DNA of 64,000 bases from an uncultured Bacteroidota bacterium (GTDB lineage Bacteria; Bacteroidota; Bacteroidia; Bacteroidales; UBA12481): positions 4,191,147 to 4,255,146 of the forward strand of contig OW818688.1 in NCBI GenBank assembly GCA_942493265.1. Reading direction: 5' to 3'. The notes beneath the pieces are model-generated. The model did no database searches. It saw nothing but the letters and a program-made list of their open reading frames with translations, and was not told the DNA's origin. The translations under genes were made by a program, and so were the position numbers. This document shows, in pieces, positions 31,065-41,167 of the stretch. Each line of letters begins with the position of its first letter. Within the stretch, counting starts at the first letter, position 1.

Positions 31065-32222
31065 GTGAAGGTCAAGCTTTTCAAGGGCCCTGAAAAGGAG
31101 TTTCTACTGGGAATCAGTATCACACTGGCCCTCATGCAGTTGGGATTATTGCTGGTTATGCCTTTCCTGGCTGTTTTCGGGAAAGGATTGGAGGGAAATA
31201 CTCCCGGTTTGGTAGGGTTTTCAATCGGAGTTTTCGGACTCACGCAGGCCTTTCTTCAGATTCCCTATGGTAACTGGAGTGATCGATACGGCCGAAAGAA
31301 AATGATTCTCATAGGGCTGTCGATCAATGCCATCGGTTTGATTCTGGGTTTTTTCGCACACGATATCTGGATGCTCATCCTGGCCAGGGCTGTACAGGGG
31401 GCCGGGGCCATTGGAACCGTCCTTTTTGCCTGGATCGGTGACCGGATAGAACCGGAACGCCGCAGCAGGGCAATGGCATACCCGGGCATCTTTGTGGGAA
31501 TAGCCAGCATACTCTCGTTTATTGTGGGACCGGTATTGCACCGGTTCATGTCGGTGAATGATATATTTCTGGCCATATTCATTCTGGTTATCGGAGTGAT
31601 CATTTATATCAGGATCACACTGCCCGCGCATATTCCGGCAAAACGAACCGGGATCAAAAGAAAAGATATTTTAACCGTTTTCAGGCAACGTAAGGTTTGG
31701 GGATACCTGATAGCCGGAGTGATGATGAACTATGTACTGACCTCCTTTTTCTTCCTCATTCCCGTTCACCTCGAATTAATGGATAAAACCAATCTGAACT
31801 GGGTGATATTTGTTCCGACCACACTGACGGCACTGGCTTTTCTTAGAATAAGCAGTATCATGGCCGACAGGGGCAGGCTGACCACCGTGCTGGTATCGGG
31901 TTTTTCGCTGCTGCTGGCCAGCATGGCTGTTCTTCTTCTATTCAAGGTAACATTCATTTCCCTGATAATCAGCGCATTTTTCTTCATGGCAGGATTTATG
32001 TCACTGAACACCACCCTTCCCGCGGCGGTAACTTTACTCACCGGCAGCGAGATTCGCGGAACGGTAACGGGAGTTTACAGCACTTTCCAGAATATCGGAT
32101 CATTCATCGGAAGCACTCTCACCGGAGTTCTGTTCGGTGTCGGGCATAAAATCCCCGTAATGGTTGAGGGAGGTTTGCTGGTGATGGTTATTGCGGTACT
32201 CGCCTCCACCAAAAGGAAATAA
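31065..32222 (+). CDS. MFS transporter
   Basis: 385 aa with about 11-12 TM segments and an MFS motif A-like WSDRYGRKKMILIG. The GTG start is uncertain. Confidence 0.8.
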   Translation: MKVKLFKGPEKEFLLGISITLALMQLGLLLVMPFLAVFGKGLEGNTPGLVGFSIGVFGLTQAFLQIPYGNWSDRYGRKKMILIGLSINAIGLILGFFAHDIWMLILARAVQGAGAIGTVLFAWIGDRIEPERRSRAMAYPGIFVGIASILSFIVGPVLHRFMSVNDIFLAIFILVIGVIIYIRITLPAHIPAKRTGIKRKDILTVFRQRKVWGYLIAGVMMNYVLTSFFFLIPVHLELMDKTNLNWVIFVPTTLTALAFLRISSIMADRGRLTTVLVSGFSLLLASMAVLLLFKVTFISLIISAFFFMAGFMSLNTTLPAAVTLLTGSEIRGTVTGVYSTFQNIGSFIGSTLTGVLFGVGHKIPVMVEGGLLVMVIAVLASTKRK

Positions 32223-32276
32223 TGTTTCAACAAACTGCGCGGCAATCTGTATAAGAGAAAAACTTAACCTGCTTCA

Positions 32277-33254
32277 ATGAGCCTTCATTCAATTTATCAT
32301 CCGGAAATATTTCAGGGCAGCATCAGGCGGACCAACTATTTTGAAGGCTGGTATTTCAAGCAGGTGGCCGCAGATTTCAGTGAGGTATTATCCATCATTC
32401 CGGGTATTTCGCTGGCAAAAAACCCGCATGCTTTTATTCAGGTTATCAATGGCATGAGCGGTGCCACACATTATTTTGAATATCCCGTTTCAGAATTCCA
32501 TGCCGATCGCCGGAAACTGATTATTCAGATCGGGGAAAGCACTTTTACCCCGGAGGGAATAAAACTCAACATTGACAAACAGGATTTATACCTTTCCGGT
32601 ACACTTGAATTCAGTAACAGGGTCACCTGGCCCAGGCGCTTATGGGCACCCGGGATCATGGGATGGTACAGCTTTGTTCCCCGCATGGAATGCTACCATG
32701 CGGTGGTCTCGCTCGATCATGGGGTGGCTGGAAAGCTGCTCTATCAGGATCACGAAATGAATTTTACCGATGGCAGGGGGTATATTGAAAAAGATTGGGG
32801 CACCTCTATGCCGGAGAGCTGGATATGGCTGCATACCAACACATTTGAAAGTAAGGGAACCTCGGTAATGCTTTCAATTGCCAAAATCCCCTGGGGGAAA
32901 AGCTTTTTTACAGGATTTATTGCATTCGTTTTGCATGAAGGAAAAATCTATCGGTTTGCCACCTATAACGGAAGCAGGATATTATCCTTTAACCTTCATA
33001 ATCAGGATCTTCACGTTTCTTTAGGCAACAAGGATTTCACGCTCGAAATCACCGCCCGCCAAAAGACAGCCGGAAAATTAAAAGCGCCGGTAAAAGGGCT
33101 GATGGAAAGATACATCAAGGAGAGCATTGACTCAGATGTTGAAATCCGGCTCAGCAGCAAACCGGGATCCCTGATTTTCAGCGGTAAGGCTGGCAGATCG
33201 GGGATGGAGCTTGTGGGTATCCCGGAAAGTCTGATCCCGCAAACTGACATTTAA
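32277..33254 (+). CDS. Tocopherol-cyclase-like family protein (function unknown in bacteria)
   Basis: 325 aa. The N-terminal YFEGWYFK motif is typical of the tocopherol cyclase (VTE1-like) family. Confidence 0.55.
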   Translation: MSLHSIYHPEIFQGSIRRTNYFEGWYFKQVAADFSEVLSIIPGISLAKNPHAFIQVINGMSGATHYFEYPVSEFHADRRKLIIQIGESTFTPEGIKLNIDKQDLYLSGTLEFSNRVTWPRRLWAPGIMGWYSFVPRMECYHAVVSLDHGVAGKLLYQDHEMNFTDGRGYIEKDWGTSMPESWIWLHTNTFESKGTSVMLSIAKIPWGKSFFTGFIAFVLHEGKIYRFATYNGSRILSFNLHNQDLHVSLGNKDFTLEITARQKTAGKLKAPVKGLMERYIKESIDSDVEIRLSSKPGSLIFSGKAGRSGMELVGIPESLIPQTDI

Positions 33255-33286
33255 TTTGCATTTCTCAATTCTCTTGTTCAACTTTG
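33255..33286 (+). promoter_or_regulatory. Candidate promoter of the trp leader/operon (-33 TTTG, -7 CAACTTTG)
   Basis: TTTG at 33255-33258. A 20-nt spacer precedes CAACTTTG at 33279-33286, which is a partial TAnnTTTG. The predicted start site lies at or just before the leader ATG. Confidence 0.3.
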
Positions 33287-33293
33287 CACCGCT

Positions 33294-33338
33294 ATGAAAC
33301 AGAATTCGAACTTTAACAATTGGTGGCACGTAACCTGA
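33294..33338 (+). CDS. trpL: trp operon leader peptide MKQNSNFNNWWHVT (tandem Trp codons)
   Basis: My own reading gives 14 sense codons plus TGA. Trp-Trp sits at codons 10-11 (33321-33326), 43 nt upstream of a strong terminator and 97 nt upstream of trpE. Confidence 0.65.
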   Translation: MKQNSNFNNWWHVT

Positions 33339-33381
33339 TCCGGTTTCCGTGAGAAAACGTGTTGCCCTATACTCTATACAG

Positions 33382-33410
33382 GCCCGTCGTACTCACGACG
33401 GGCTTTTTTA
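33382..33410 (+). terminator. Rho-independent terminator (attenuator) upstream of trpE
   Basis: GCCCGTCGT (33382-33390), loop ACTC, ACGACGGGC (33395-33403), followed by TTTTTTA. Perfect 9-bp GC-rich stem. Confidence 0.8.
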
Positions 33411-33434
33411 TTTACCAGCGCTAAAAAAAACACA

Positions 33435-34829
33435 ATGTACCGAATACGAACGCATACACTTACCACCCTGTCCGACACACTCACTCCGGTGAGCCTTTAC
33501 CTGAAGGTGCGCGACCTGTTTCCGCGGTCGATATTGCTGGAAAGCAGCGATTATCATGGCGGCCGCGACAATTATTCATTCATCTGTCTGGAGCCGCTGG
33601 CCGGAATTATGGTTGAAAATGGCCGGGTGAAACAGTCATTTCCCGGCAAGGACGCAGAAACCATTGAAGGAAAAGACATTCCGGCTATGCTGGATCATTT
33701 CGTGTCGCTTTTTGAAACCAGTGATGCCTCAAAAAGCAACCGTCTGAATGGATTTTTTGGATACATGGGCTATGATGCCGCCTGCCATTTCGAAGCGGTT
33801 CCGGCTCCCAAAGACAAAAACGATCCGCTGATGATCCCTGAAATCCGGTATCACCTTTACCATTACCTGATTGCGATCAACCATTTCCGGAATACCGTCA
33901 CCCTGATTGAAAACCGGTTCGACGATGAGCCCTCAACTCTGGGAACCGTTCAAACGCTGCTCACCAACCGGAATTTTTCCTTTTTTCCGTTTACAGTAAG
34001 TGGAGAATGCGATTCCAACCTGACCGATGAGGAATATACCCGGCTGGTATCGGCAGGAAAGCACCATTGCCATGTTGGGGATGTTTACCAGATTGTGCTC
34101 TCCAGGCGGTTCGACCAGCCTTTTCTTGGCGATGAGTTCAATGTATACCGCAACCTCAGGTCTGTGAATCCTTCGCCCTACCTGTTTTACTTTGATTACG
34201 GCAGTTACCGGATATTCGGATCATCGCCCGAGGCTCACCTGGTAGTTAAAAACGGTAAGGCCACCATCGCACCGATTGCCGGAACCCTTCGCAGATCGGG
34301 TGATGATGACCACGACCGGGTGCTGGCCGGACAATTATCCGCGGATCCTAAAGAAAATGCGGAACACGTAATGCTGGTGGATCTGGCACGAAACGACCTC
34401 AGCCGTCATGCCACCGGGGTTTCAGTAGATACCTACAAGGAAATACAATTCTTCTCGCATGTACTCCACATGGTTTCAAGCGTATCCGGTGATCTGACCG
34501 AAAATCCGCAACTGTTCAGGCTCCTCGGCGACACCTTCCCGGCCGGAACGCTTAGCGGGGCGCCGAAAATGAGGGCTATGGAACTGATCAGCCAGTATGA
34601 AAAAACCAACCGGGGATTTTACGGAGGCTGCATCGGGCAGATCGGATTTGATAAAAGCCTGAACCAGGCCATCATGATCCGGTCCTTCCTTTCCATCGGA
34701 AACCATCTCATTTTTCAGGCTGGCGCAGGCATTGTAGCCGATTCCGTTGAAGAGAATGAACTTCAGGAGGTCAATAACAAACTGGGGGCCCTTCGGGAGG
34801 CCATCCGGCTGGCAGATACCAGTAAATAA
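33435..34829 (+). CDS. trpE: Anthranilate synthase component I
   Basis: 464 aa with chorismate-binding motifs (GAPKMRAMELI, GFYGGCIG, GAGIVADS). Confidence 0.95.
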   Translation: MYRIRTHTLTTLSDTLTPVSLYLKVRDLFPRSILLESSDYHGGRDNYSFICLEPLAGIMVENGRVKQSFPGKDAETIEGKDIPAMLDHFVSLFETSDASKSNRLNGFFGYMGYDAACHFEAVPAPKDKNDPLMIPEIRYHLYHYLIAINHFRNTVTLIENRFDDEPSTLGTVQTLLTNRNFSFFPFTVSGECDSNLTDEEYTRLVSAGKHHCHVGDVYQIVLSRRFDQPFLGDEFNVYRNLRSVNPSPYLFYFDYGSYRIFGSSPEAHLVVKNGKATIAPIAGTLRRSGDDDHDRVLAGQLSADPKENAEHVMLVDLARNDLSRHATGVSVDTYKEIQFFSHVLHMVSSVSGDLTENPQLFRLLGDTFPAGTLSGAPKMRAMELISQYEKTNRGFYGGCIGQIGFDKSLNQAIMIRSFLSIGNHLIFQAGAGIVADSVEENELQEVNNKLGALREAIRLADTSK

Positions 34830-34846
34830 ATAAATATCAGTCTATT

Positions 34847-35416
34847 ATGAATATTTTATTGCTCGACAATTACGATAGTTTCACCTACAATATAGCCCAT
34901 TACCTGCGGGAACTCACCGGCAGCGAGATTCCTGTCATCCGGAACGACCAGATAAGTCTGGAGGCAGTGGGAAAATATGATGCGATAGTGCTTTCGCCCG
35001 GACCCGGCTTGCCGGCAGATGCCGGTATCATGAACGACCTGATCCGGAAATATGCCGGAACCAGGAAAATTCTCGGAATCTGTCTGGGCATGCAGGCGAT
35101 CGGTGAAGTATTTGGTGGCACACTATTAAATCTGCCATCCGTTTTTCACGGGGTGGCAACCACTACAGATATTGTGGTCGACGATGAGATACTTTTCCGG
35201 GGACTGCCGAAAAAAATCGAGGTTGGCCGCTACCATTCCTGGGTAGTCGACGAACATAACCTTCCATCGGATCTGGAAATTACCGCCACCGATGAAACCG
35301 GCCGCATCATGGCCCTGCGGCACAAAAAATTTGATGTCAGGGGCGTACAATTCCATCCCGAATCCGTTCTTACCCCTCACGGCAAAACCATGCTCAACAA
35401 CTGGATACAGGGCTAA
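34847..35416 (+). CDS. trpG: Anthranilate synthase component II (glutamine amidotransferase)
   Basis: 189 aa with a GATase-1 triad context (GICLGMQ, FHPES). Confidence 0.95.
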   Translation: MNILLLDNYDSFTYNIAHYLRELTGSEIPVIRNDQISLEAVGKYDAIVLSPGPGLPADAGIMNDLIRKYAGTRKILGICLGMQAIGEVFGGTLLNLPSVFHGVATTTDIVVDDEILFRGLPKKIEVGRYHSWVVDEHNLPSDLEITATDETGRIMALRHKKFDVRGVQFHPESVLTPHGKTMLNNWIQG

Positions 35417-35445
35417 CCGACAACAGATAACAGACAACCGACAAA

Positions 35446-36441
35446 ATGAAAGACATACTTCACCAACTCTTTGAATATAAAACCCTCTCGAGGCAGCAGG
35501 CTGAAGAGGTTCTGCGGCAAATCGCATCCGGACAGGTAAATGAAACCCAGATGGCCGTGTTCATGGCGGTATTCCTGATGCGGAGCATCACCATCGAGGA
35601 ACTGATCGGCTTCAGGGAAGCGCTGAAATCGCTTGCCATCCCGGTTGATTTGTCCGATTACAATACCATAGACCTATGCGGTACCGGCGGAGATGGCAAG
35701 AACACCTTCAACATATCAACCATGACCTCCTTTGTGGTTGCCGGAACCGGTGCAAAAGTAGCCAAACATGGCAACTACGGGGTTTCATCCTCCTGCGGAT
35801 CCTCCAATGTATTAGAGTATTTCGGATACAAATTTTCCAACGATCAGGAAAAGCTGAAAAAGGAAATCGAGGAAGCCGGAATATGCTTTCTGCATGCTCC
35901 GCTCTTCAATCCGGCAATGAAAAACATCGCTCCCGTGCGGCGCCAGCTGGGAATTAAAACTTTTTTCAATATCCTGGGACCGATGATCAATCCCTCGTCA
36001 CCGCAAAACCAAATGGCCGGTGTATTCAGTCTGGAGCTTGCTCGCATGTATAACTATCTTTATCAGGAACTTGATGTTAATTATGCCATCATCCACAGTT
36101 TGGATGGGTATGATGAAATTTCACTCACCGCGCCTTTCCAGCTGATCACCAAACAAGGTGAAAAGATTATGGATCCCGCCGATCTGGGATTCTCTCGGAT
36201 CGATCCCAAAGAGATATCGGGAGGTGATTCAGTGGAAGAATCTGCTGCCATTTTCAAGCGCATCCTTTCCGGAGATGGCACCCAATCAGAAAAAAATGTA
36301 ATTGTGGCCAATGCCGGTCTGGCGCTAACCCTCCTACACCCTGAACTGCCGCTTGATGATTGCCTGGCCATGGCAAAAGAATCCATGGAATCAGGGAAAG
36401 CACTTTCATCATTCAGGAAGCTGATTCCTGAAACCCTTTAG
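35446..36441 (+). CDS. trpD: Anthranilate phosphoribosyltransferase
   Basis: 331 aa with the GTGGDG motif and KHGN. Confidence 0.95.
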   Translation: MKDILHQLFEYKTLSRQQAEEVLRQIASGQVNETQMAVFMAVFLMRSITIEELIGFREALKSLAIPVDLSDYNTIDLCGTGGDGKNTFNISTMTSFVVAGTGAKVAKHGNYGVSSSCGSSNVLEYFGYKFSNDQEKLKKEIEEAGICFLHAPLFNPAMKNIAPVRRQLGIKTFFNILGPMINPSSPQNQMAGVFSLELARMYNYLYQELDVNYAIIHSLDGYDEISLTAPFQLITKQGEKIMDPADLGFSRIDPKEISGGDSVEESAAIFKRILSGDGTQSEKNVIVANAGLALTLLHPELPLDDCLAMAKESMESGKALSSFRKLIPETL

Positions 36442-36445
36442 AACG

Positions 36446-37240
36446 ATGAACCAACTGGAAACCATAGCAGCCTTCAAGCGTACCGAGGTAGCAGGAAGGA
36501 AAGAGATCTACCCTGTCAATAAGCTGGAGAACAGTGCGTTATTTGACCGAAAAACGGTATCACTGACCGACAGGATCCTACAAAACGGATCTACCGGAAT
36601 TATCGCTGAATTCAAGCGAAAAAGCCCGTCGAAAGGCATGATCAATGCCCATTCGGATGTGGCCGAGGTAACCCGCGGATATATTAAGGCCGGAGCAGCA
36701 GCCCTATCGGTTCTTACCGACAGCCGTTTTTTCGGCGGAAACTCTGAAGATCTGTTGAAGGCAAGGGAGGTAAATGATTGTCCGGTTTTGCGGAAGGAAT
36801 TCATAGTAGATCCGTATCAGATTATTGAAGCCAAATCGATTGGTGCGGATGCCATATTACTGATAGCCGCCATTTTAACTCCCGCTGAAACGTTGAATTT
36901 TGCAACACTTGCACGTTCGCTGGGGATGGCAGCCATTTTGGAAATACATGGAAAAGAAGAACTTGGGCACTTGAATGACCAGATCACCATATTGGGGGTA
37001 AACAACCGGAACCTGGCAGATTTCAGTGTATCACTGGAGATCTCGCTGTCATTGGCACCATTTATCGCCAATGGCATAACGGCCATTTCAGAAAGTGGCA
37101 TCCGCCATCCTGCTGATATCCTCCTGTTAAAACAAGCCGGATACAAAGGTTTTTTGATTGGAGAGCAGTTCATGTCGACTGATGATCCGGCATTTGCCTG
37201 CCACACCTTTATCTCCCAGCTAAACCAAATGCAAAAATGA
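36446..37240 (+). CDS. trpC: Indole-3-glycerol phosphate synthase
   Basis: 264 aa with EFKRKSPSKG and the typical TIM-barrel layout. Confidence 0.95.
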   Translation: MNQLETIAAFKRTEVAGRKEIYPVNKLENSALFDRKTVSLTDRILQNGSTGIIAEFKRKSPSKGMINAHSDVAEVTRGYIKAGAAALSVLTDSRFFGGNSEDLLKAREVNDCPVLRKEFIVDPYQIIEAKSIGADAILLIAAILTPAETLNFATLARSLGMAAILEIHGKEELGHLNDQITILGVNNRNLADFSVSLEISLSLAPFIANGITAISESGIRHPADILLLKQAGYKGFLIGEQFMSTDDPAFACHTFISQLNQMQK

Positions 37241-37863
37241 AAGCCGGGCTAGTCAAAATATGCGGTCTTACCGATCCCGGGAATATCCTTGAAGTAATCC
37301 GGCTGAGGCCCGACTTTATCGGGTTGATCTTTCATCCGGGATCTCCGAGATATATATCTGACCCTGAAGAACTTGTATTCCTGAATAAACTTCATGAACG
37401 TCCGTTGGTAACGGGAGTTTTTGTCAACTCGGATATTGCGCGGATCCGTGAAATCTCAAACAGGATCCGGCTGGATGTCATCCAGTTGCATGGGACAGAA
37501 ACCCCGGAATACTGTGAGGAACTCAAAAATTGCAACCAAATGGTTATCAAGGCCTTTGGCATCCGGCCCGGATTTGATTTTCAGGAAACGGAACCTTACC
37601 GGGGGCTGGTCCGGTATTTCCTGTTCGACAGCGACAGTCCGAAATTTGGTGGCACCGGCCAGCCTTTCGACCATGAAATTTTAAAAAATTACCAGGGGGA
37701 TACGCCCTTCCTTCTTAGCGGGGGGATATCTTCTGAAACGCAGATATTTCCAGATCACCGGCAATTTGCCGGGGTGGATTTGAATTCCAGGTTTGAAACT
37801 GCGCCCGGAATCAAGGATATTGAATTATTGCAAACCTTTTTAAAAAACTTCAGGCATGAATAA
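37237..37863 (+). CDS. trpF: Phosphoribosylanthranilate isomerase
   Basis: 208 aa with N-terminal VKICGL. ATGA overlap with trpC. Confidence 0.9.
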   Translation: MKAGLVKICGLTDPGNILEVIRLRPDFIGLIFHPGSPRYISDPEELVFLNKLHERPLVTGVFVNSDIARIREISNRIRLDVIQLHGTETPEYCEELKNCNQMVIKAFGIRPGFDFQETEPYRGLVRYFLFDSDSPKFGGTGQPFDHEILKNYQGDTPFLLSGGISSETQIFPDHRQFAGVDLNSRFETAPGIKDIELLQTFLKNFRHE

Positions 37864-39055
37864 ACCAGAATATTTCCCCGATAAAGATGGCTACTATGGT
37901 GAATTCGGAGGTGCTTTTATTCCGGAGATGCTGGTACCCAACATCAAAGAATTGCGCGACAGCTACCTCAGGATAATTGAAAGCCAAGAATTCAGGGATG
38001 AATTTCATGAGTTGCTACGCGACTATTCAGGCCGGCCCACCCCACTCTATCTGGCAAAAAGGTTATCTGAAAAATACCGCACCAACATTTTCCTGAAACG
38101 TGAGGATCTGAATCATACCGGGGCTCACAAGATCAACAACACCATCGGGCAGGTTTTGCTGGCAGAAAAACTGGGCAAAAAGAGGATTATCGCCGAAACC
38201 GGCGCGGGGCAGCATGGGGTTGCCACGGCCACCGTGTGTGCGCTGAAAGGGCTTGAATGCGTTGTATACATGGGAGCTCTGGATGTTGAGCGTCAGGCGC
38301 CGAATGTAACCAAGATGAAAATGCTAGGAGCCACGGTAGTCCCGGTACAATCGGGCAATAAAACGCTTAAGGATGCCACCAATGAGGCTATGCGTGACTG
38401 GATCAATCATCCCGACGATACCTATTATATAATCGGATCCGTTGTTGGGCCACATCCTTATCCGGATCTGGTAGCCAGGATGCAATCGGTTATCAGTTAT
38501 GAGATATCGGTTCAGATTAATGCCCGGACCGGCAGGAATTATCCGGATTATGTTTTGGCATGCGTTGGAGGAGGCAGTAATGCGGCAGGCGGCTTTTATG
38601 CTTTCCTGGATAATCCGGCAGTCAGGCTGATCGGTGCAGAAGCGGCCGGGATGGGTATTGACACCAGTGAAACCGCAGCTACACTGGCATTGGGCCGGAC
38701 AGGCATACTACACGGAAGCAAATCGAAGCTCATACAAGACGAGTATGGCCAGGTTATTGAGCCCTACTCGATCTCGGCAGGACTGGATTATCCGGGAGTG
38801 GGTCCGTTGCATTCTCATCTTCAGGCAACCGGCAGATGCACATACCTGCCGGTAACGGACCGGGAGGCACTGGATGCCGCCATGGAACTCACCCGACTTG
38901 AGGGCATCATCCCTGCGCTGGAATCGGCACATGCGCTGGCCCTGCTTCCAAAACTGAGCTGGGACCCGAATGAGCAGGTTGTGATCGTATTAAGCGGTCG
39001 CGGCGATAAGGATATGGATACTTACAGTAAATATTTCGACCATGAATCGCATTGA
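37856..39055 (+). CDS. trpB: Tryptophan synthase beta chain
   Basis: 399 aa with the PLP lysine motif HTGAHKINN and GGGSNA. Confidence 0.95.
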   Translation: MNKPEYFPDKDGYYGEFGGAFIPEMLVPNIKELRDSYLRIIESQEFRDEFHELLRDYSGRPTPLYLAKRLSEKYRTNIFLKREDLNHTGAHKINNTIGQVLLAEKLGKKRIIAETGAGQHGVATATVCALKGLECVVYMGALDVERQAPNVTKMKMLGATVVPVQSGNKTLKDATNEAMRDWINHPDDTYYIIGSVVGPHPYPDLVARMQSVISYEISVQINARTGRNYPDYVLACVGGGSNAAGGFYAFLDNPAVRLIGAEAAGMGIDTSETAATLALGRTGILHGSKSKLIQDEYGQVIEPYSISAGLDYPGVGPLHSHLQATGRCTYLPVTDREALDAAMELTRLEGIIPALESAHALALLPKLSWDPNEQVVIVLSGRGDKDMDTYSKYFDHESH

Positions 39056-39848
39056 CGAACTTTTCATACGCAAGAAAGAATCGATACTATCGGTTTATTT
39101 CACAGCTGGTTATCCCGAATTAGCAGATACCGCGCTGGTCATCTCCGGTCTGGAAAAAGCCGGAGCAGACCTGATTGAGATCGGGTTTCCCTTTTCCGAT
39201 CCCGTTGCTGACGGACCGGTTATACAGGCGAGCAGCCATCAGGCATTAATCAACGGAATGAATCTTGACATCCTTTTTGATCAGCTCAGGGAACTCAGAA
39301 AGACCAGCAGCATACCCAAAATCATGATGGGTTATTACAATACCGTTTATCAATATCAAATGGAACGGTTTATAGATCAATGTGTTGAATGTGGGATCGA
39401 TGGCGTGATCATCCCCGATCTGCCGCCTGAAATTTATGAAAGAGAATACCGGACACTTTTTGAAAAGTCTGGCATTCATTTTATCTGCCTTGTGGCCCCG
39501 AAAACTTCACCGGATAGAACAAAATATCTGGTTTCGCTGAGTCGCGGGTTCATCTACCTGTTGTCGTCCTCCTCAACCACCGGCAACAATTCCGCTGCAG
39601 GAAAAGAGGACTTGAGTGCCGTCGCACATCTGAAAGGGCAAAACACCCTGATCGGCTTTGGCATACATGACCATGAAACATTTGAGATGGCTTGCCGGCA
39701 GGCTAATGGAGCGATTATCGGGACCGCCTTTATCCGGCACCTGAACGAGGGTTTCGGAGTATTGAGATCGGCTGAAAAATCAAAAATCGGCCGGGCAAGC
39801 ACCATTGAAACCCTTTGCAGGGAATTCGTTGGCCGGATACGAGGGTAA
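39042..39848 (+). CDS. trpA: Tryptophan synthase alpha chain
   Basis: 268 aa with [15 protein letters not shown]. Confidence 0.95.
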   Translation: MNRIDELFIRKKESILSVYFTAGYPELADTALVISGLEKAGADLIEIGFPFSDPVADGPVIQASSHQALINGMNLDILFDQLRELRKTSSIPKIMMGYYNTVYQYQMERFIDQCVECGIDGVIIPDLPPEIYEREYRTLFEKSGIHFICLVAPKTSPDRTKYLVSLSRGFIYLLSSSSTTGNNSAAGKEDLSAVAHLKGQNTLIGFGIHDHETFEMACRQANGAIIGTAFIRHLNEGFGVLRSAEKSKIGRASTIETLCREFVGRIRG

Positions 39849-39940
39849 TCTTTTTGTGTAATGTATACTGATAATCAGTGAAAGAGGCTAACTTTAACGG
39901 CACGAAAGCCTGCCCTTTACCTTTGCAAACAAGTTTAGTC

Positions 39941-41155
39941 ATGAGAAAAGTGATGCCGACTTATGAAGAATTAGAGAAAAGAATCGTTGAACTTGAGGAG
40001 ATCATCCGAAAGAACACTTATACAACCGGAAGCCAATTAACAGACTCGATCAAATCCAGAGAGGATTTGCTTACACTCTTCATAAAACATTCCCCAATAT
40101 ATGCTTATATCAAAGAGGTAGCTCCCAGCGAAAGTCGTGTAATGATTGCCAGTGAGAATTATATTGACATGATAGGCGTAAAAGGCTCCGAAATGGTCAA
40201 TAAAACCATGGAAGAACTGTTCCCCCCGGAATTCGCCGCAAAGATTACGGCAGATGACTGGATTGTTGTTTCTGATGGAAGGGAATTAAAGCTGGATGAA
40301 GAATTGAATGACCGGAGCTACACAACAATCAAGTACCCGATTTATCACCAGGAAAAAAACCTGCTGGCAGGCTATACAATTGATCTGACTGAACTCAAGC
40401 AGGCGCAGCGGGATGTAATCACCAAGAATGAAGAGTTGTTGAAACTGGTTGCCGAAAAGGACAAATTCTTTTCCGTCATGGCCCATGACCTGCGCAGCCC
40501 GTTTACCGCACTGCTCGGCTTTACCCAGATGCTTGTTGAAGACCTGGCCGAGCTGAGTCAGGACGAGGTGCACAAGATTGCCCTAATATTGAGGAATACA
40601 TCAAACAGCTTATACAGCTTGCTGGAAAACCTGCTCGAATGGTCGCGCATTCAGAGAGGGATAACTTCCTTTAAACCCAAAGGGTTCGAGCTTCTGCCGA
40701 AGATTAATGAAAGTTTGGAATTGGTTATGGAATCAGCCAATAAAAAGGAAATCGAAATCGGATTCCAGGTTCCCTCAGGTCTGTTTGTTTTTGCAGAACC
40801 GAATATGATCGGGTCAACTATCCGGAACTTAGTCTCCAATGCGGTGAAGTATACCGCCAAGGGCGGAAAGATCATGGTTTCGGCCAGGCCGGTGAGCGGC
40901 AACCTGATTGAAATTTCCATACGCGACAATGGTATCGGCATGAACCAACTGATTATTGATAAACTATTCCGTCTGGATGAGCATCCCAGTCGGAAAGGAA
41001 CTGAAGGTGAACCCAGTACCGGATTGGGGCTGATCATCTGCAAAGACTTTACCGAAAAAAACGGAGGAAAGATCTGGGCAGAGAGTCAGGAGGGGAAAGG
41101 TTCAATATTTCATTTTACCGTTCCACAATTGCCGGAAAATCTGCCGGATCAGTAA
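39941..41155 (+). CDS. Cytoplasmic PAS sensor histidine kinase
   Basis: I prefer ATG 39941 (MRKVMPTYEEL) over GTG 39878. A perfect TAnnTTTG (TACCTTTG, 39918-39925) lies 16 nt upstream. H-box FFSVMAHDLRSPF and HATPase motifs (DNGIGM, GLGLIICK). Confidence 0.85.
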   Translation: MRKVMPTYEELEKRIVELEEIIRKNTYTTGSQLTDSIKSREDLLTLFIKHSPIYAYIKEVAPSESRVMIASENYIDMIGVKGSEMVNKTMEELFPPEFAAKITADDWIVVSDGRELKLDEELNDRSYTTIKYPIYHQEKNLLAGYTIDLTELKQAQRDVITKNEELLKLVAEKDKFFSVMAHDLRSPFTALLGFTQMLVEDLAELSQDEVHKIALILRNTSNSLYSLLENLLEWSRIQRGITSFKPKGFELLPKINESLELVMESANKKEIEIGFQVPSGLFVFAEPNMIGSTIRNLVSNAVKYTAKGGKIMVSARPVSGNLIEISIRDNGIGMNQLIIDKLFRLDEHPSRKGTEGEPSTGLGLIICKDFTEKNGGKIWAESQEGKGSIFHFTVPQLPENLPDQ

Positions 41156-41167
41156 AGGTCGAACTAT

